Shown here piece by piece: positions 53,595 through 55,205 of a stretch of 55,205 bases of DNA. Origin of the DNA: Eremomyces bilateralis CBS 781.70 (Eukaryota); NCBI GenBank assembly GCA_010015585.1, contig ML975185.1; one strand, written 5' to 3'. The notes beneath the pieces are model-generated. The model saw only the letters and a program-made list of their open reading frames with translations, ran no database searches and was not told the origin of the DNA. Within the stretch, counting starts at the first letter, position 1. The number at the start of each line of letters is the position of its first letter. Both the position numbers and the translations under genes were made by a program.

Positions 53595-54666
53595 CTAACG
53601 ACTACGGACATGTTGAGCAACCTTTTCCTCTTTAGATAAAGTGGGATTAGGTACAATACTCGAGTCTTGACGATTACTCCTCAAGTCTTGAGCAGCAGCC
53701 TCTGTAGCCTTTCCGGCCAATGCCTTAATGTTCCTCTTGTACTTTCGTTCCTCTAGTATCGCGTCGTGCTTCGAGTATACGTCTGGAACAATCTGGACAA
53801 GGAATACCAGCAAAGGATCGAGGAGGGTATTCTGATATTCCCAGTTTTCGATATCAAAGAGGGCTGACAATGCCTCCTGATCTGGTATAGGTATCGTTGT
53901 TGAGTTCTTCACACAGGTATACATACGAGCAATAGCCCACTGCGCTTCTTGAGGAATGATCACCCCAGCTGGAATTGGAATCCTTTGCTGCGCTCGTGGG
54001 AAGATCGATTCCACATTGCTCCATAACATGGAGCTCGTCAATTGCAACCACACCAGTCTTATTCTTTACATTAGCATTTAACAGCAAATCACGAAACTTA
54101 TCGCTAACTGCTTGCTCAGGACCCATCAAGATATGGGTATATAACCCAGCTGCAATCTCCTTATACAGGTTCGGATTCGTGTGCTTGGTCTCCACTGTAA
54201 CAAGGCAAGGCCTGGCCTCTAGTAACTGTTCAATCGACCGCTTCTACTCCTCTCCAAGCTTGCTTGAAGGAACCAACTGGATGACAATTCTGCCAATAAA
54301 TATTAGGATAGCATAGAAGATGATGCTCTTCCTAAAACCAGTCTTAGCAGAGACAATAGTATCCCTATAGCGAAAAACAATTGGTCGAAGAGCCCGAACC
54401 TGGTTAATACGTGGGAGCTGACCACCCAGGAGTCGCTGCAAACCGTGGAAGATAAGGTCATGCTGGTATGTGGCATTCTTTCGTATCAGACAGGCCTTGA
54501 CTAACTCTTACAGTACCGAACATAACTCTTTCTCTAGCGTCGTTGCAATGATGGATATCCGTTCTTTAATCGTTTTCTGGATAGAAGCTGATTAAAAAGA
54601 GGCCGGATTCTGGTATGAGGGGATTTCACGCTGATGGGCGCGGCCTCGCCGCCGCTTCACTCGCAT
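53595..54666 (-). pseudogene. Degenerate RecQ-like SF2 helicase relic, probably transposon- or telomere-helicase-derived
   Basis: One frame from ATG 54666 through stops at 54594-54592 (TAA), 54510-54508 (TAA) and 54246-54244 (TAG): PRINQVRAL (Q motif), SAKTGFRKS (mutated Walker A), HILMGPEQ, VAIDELH. Motifs III-VI are absent. Confidence 0.8.
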
Positions 54667-54927
54667 GGAGGGTGACCTGGAGATTGATCCGGTCAAGTGA
54701 TGACGCAACGAGCAGTTTTAAAACTCTAGTTACAGAATGAACTGTTAGAAATTTGATATTTAAAAGCGATAGGACGGTTTAACAAACCCTTATCTATATT
54801 TCATCAACTTTTGGAGCCCACTCAACTTCTCCATATGATGTTATTCGAAAATCTCATCAATTCTAGCAATTCTCATCATGCCGACTCCACAGGAAATTCG
54901 CAGATGTTTCTCAGTTACCTCAGCTAG

Positions 54928-55007
54928 CTCAGGCTATCTCTCAGAGGAGTCTAGCCTTTTTTGGACAGTCACGTTACTTAAACTACTCCTCTGATAGATA
55001 GCCTGAG
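54928..55007. repeat. Inverted repeat with 23-bp arms (1 mismatch) and a 34-bp spacer
   Basis: ctcaggctatctctcagaggagt (54928-54950) pairs with actcctctgatagatagcctgag (54985-55007). Confidence 0.9.
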
Positions 55008-55205
55008 GACGCTGTCCATCAGCCGCACTGCTCTGCTCTTACTTTCTAGTGTTTTGTGTGTGTGTCTGTCCGTTTGGCAAAATCACAATCCATCAATAAC
55101 TACATCAAAACACGACCTGTGTACTCCAAAATTCAATCAATTGTGTATTAAAGTATGCTCTATCTCGTAATTGATTTTTTTTTTACATGCCCATGCTTCT
55201 GTCTG

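Noticed and set aside
53000..54980. CACGTGAC at 53020 and GTCACGTT at 54968 as TIRs of the helicase element
   Set aside because: Similarity limited to about 8 bp, and no TSD.

Overview
Eukaryotic DNA from a filamentous ascomycete (Pezizomycotina): short GT-AG introns with CTRAC/CTAAY branch points, which the ORF track fragments. About 15 intact protein genes: coiled-coil protein, GT8 glycosyltransferase, HAM-8-like membrane protein, two GPI/Ser-Thr cell-wall proteins, TauD sulfonate dioxygenase, VPS41, DUF155 (RMND1/Rmd1 family), CSR1-like CRAL-TRIO, DAM1, YTP1-like, GH72 Gas/Gel, secreted CFEM protein, ACE1/SltA C2H2 factor, secreted DUF4419 protein and an SDR. There is also a decaying Dal5-family MFS transporter pseudogene divergent from TauD. 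Mobile or repeat DNA: a 5'-truncated Tad-like LINE with a 14-bp TSD, a pogo/Tc1-like terminal remnant, a RIP-like mutated RecQ-type helicase relic and a 23-bp inverted repeat. I found no convincing new multi-gene system. The best unexplained signals are an intergenic TAYTCCGTA motif that recurs in inverted pairs, three in-frame stop-free introns in ACE1/SltA, and a probable leaky-scanning mitochondrial isoform of the CRAL-TRIO protein. All family calls come from motif recognition by eye, not database searches.
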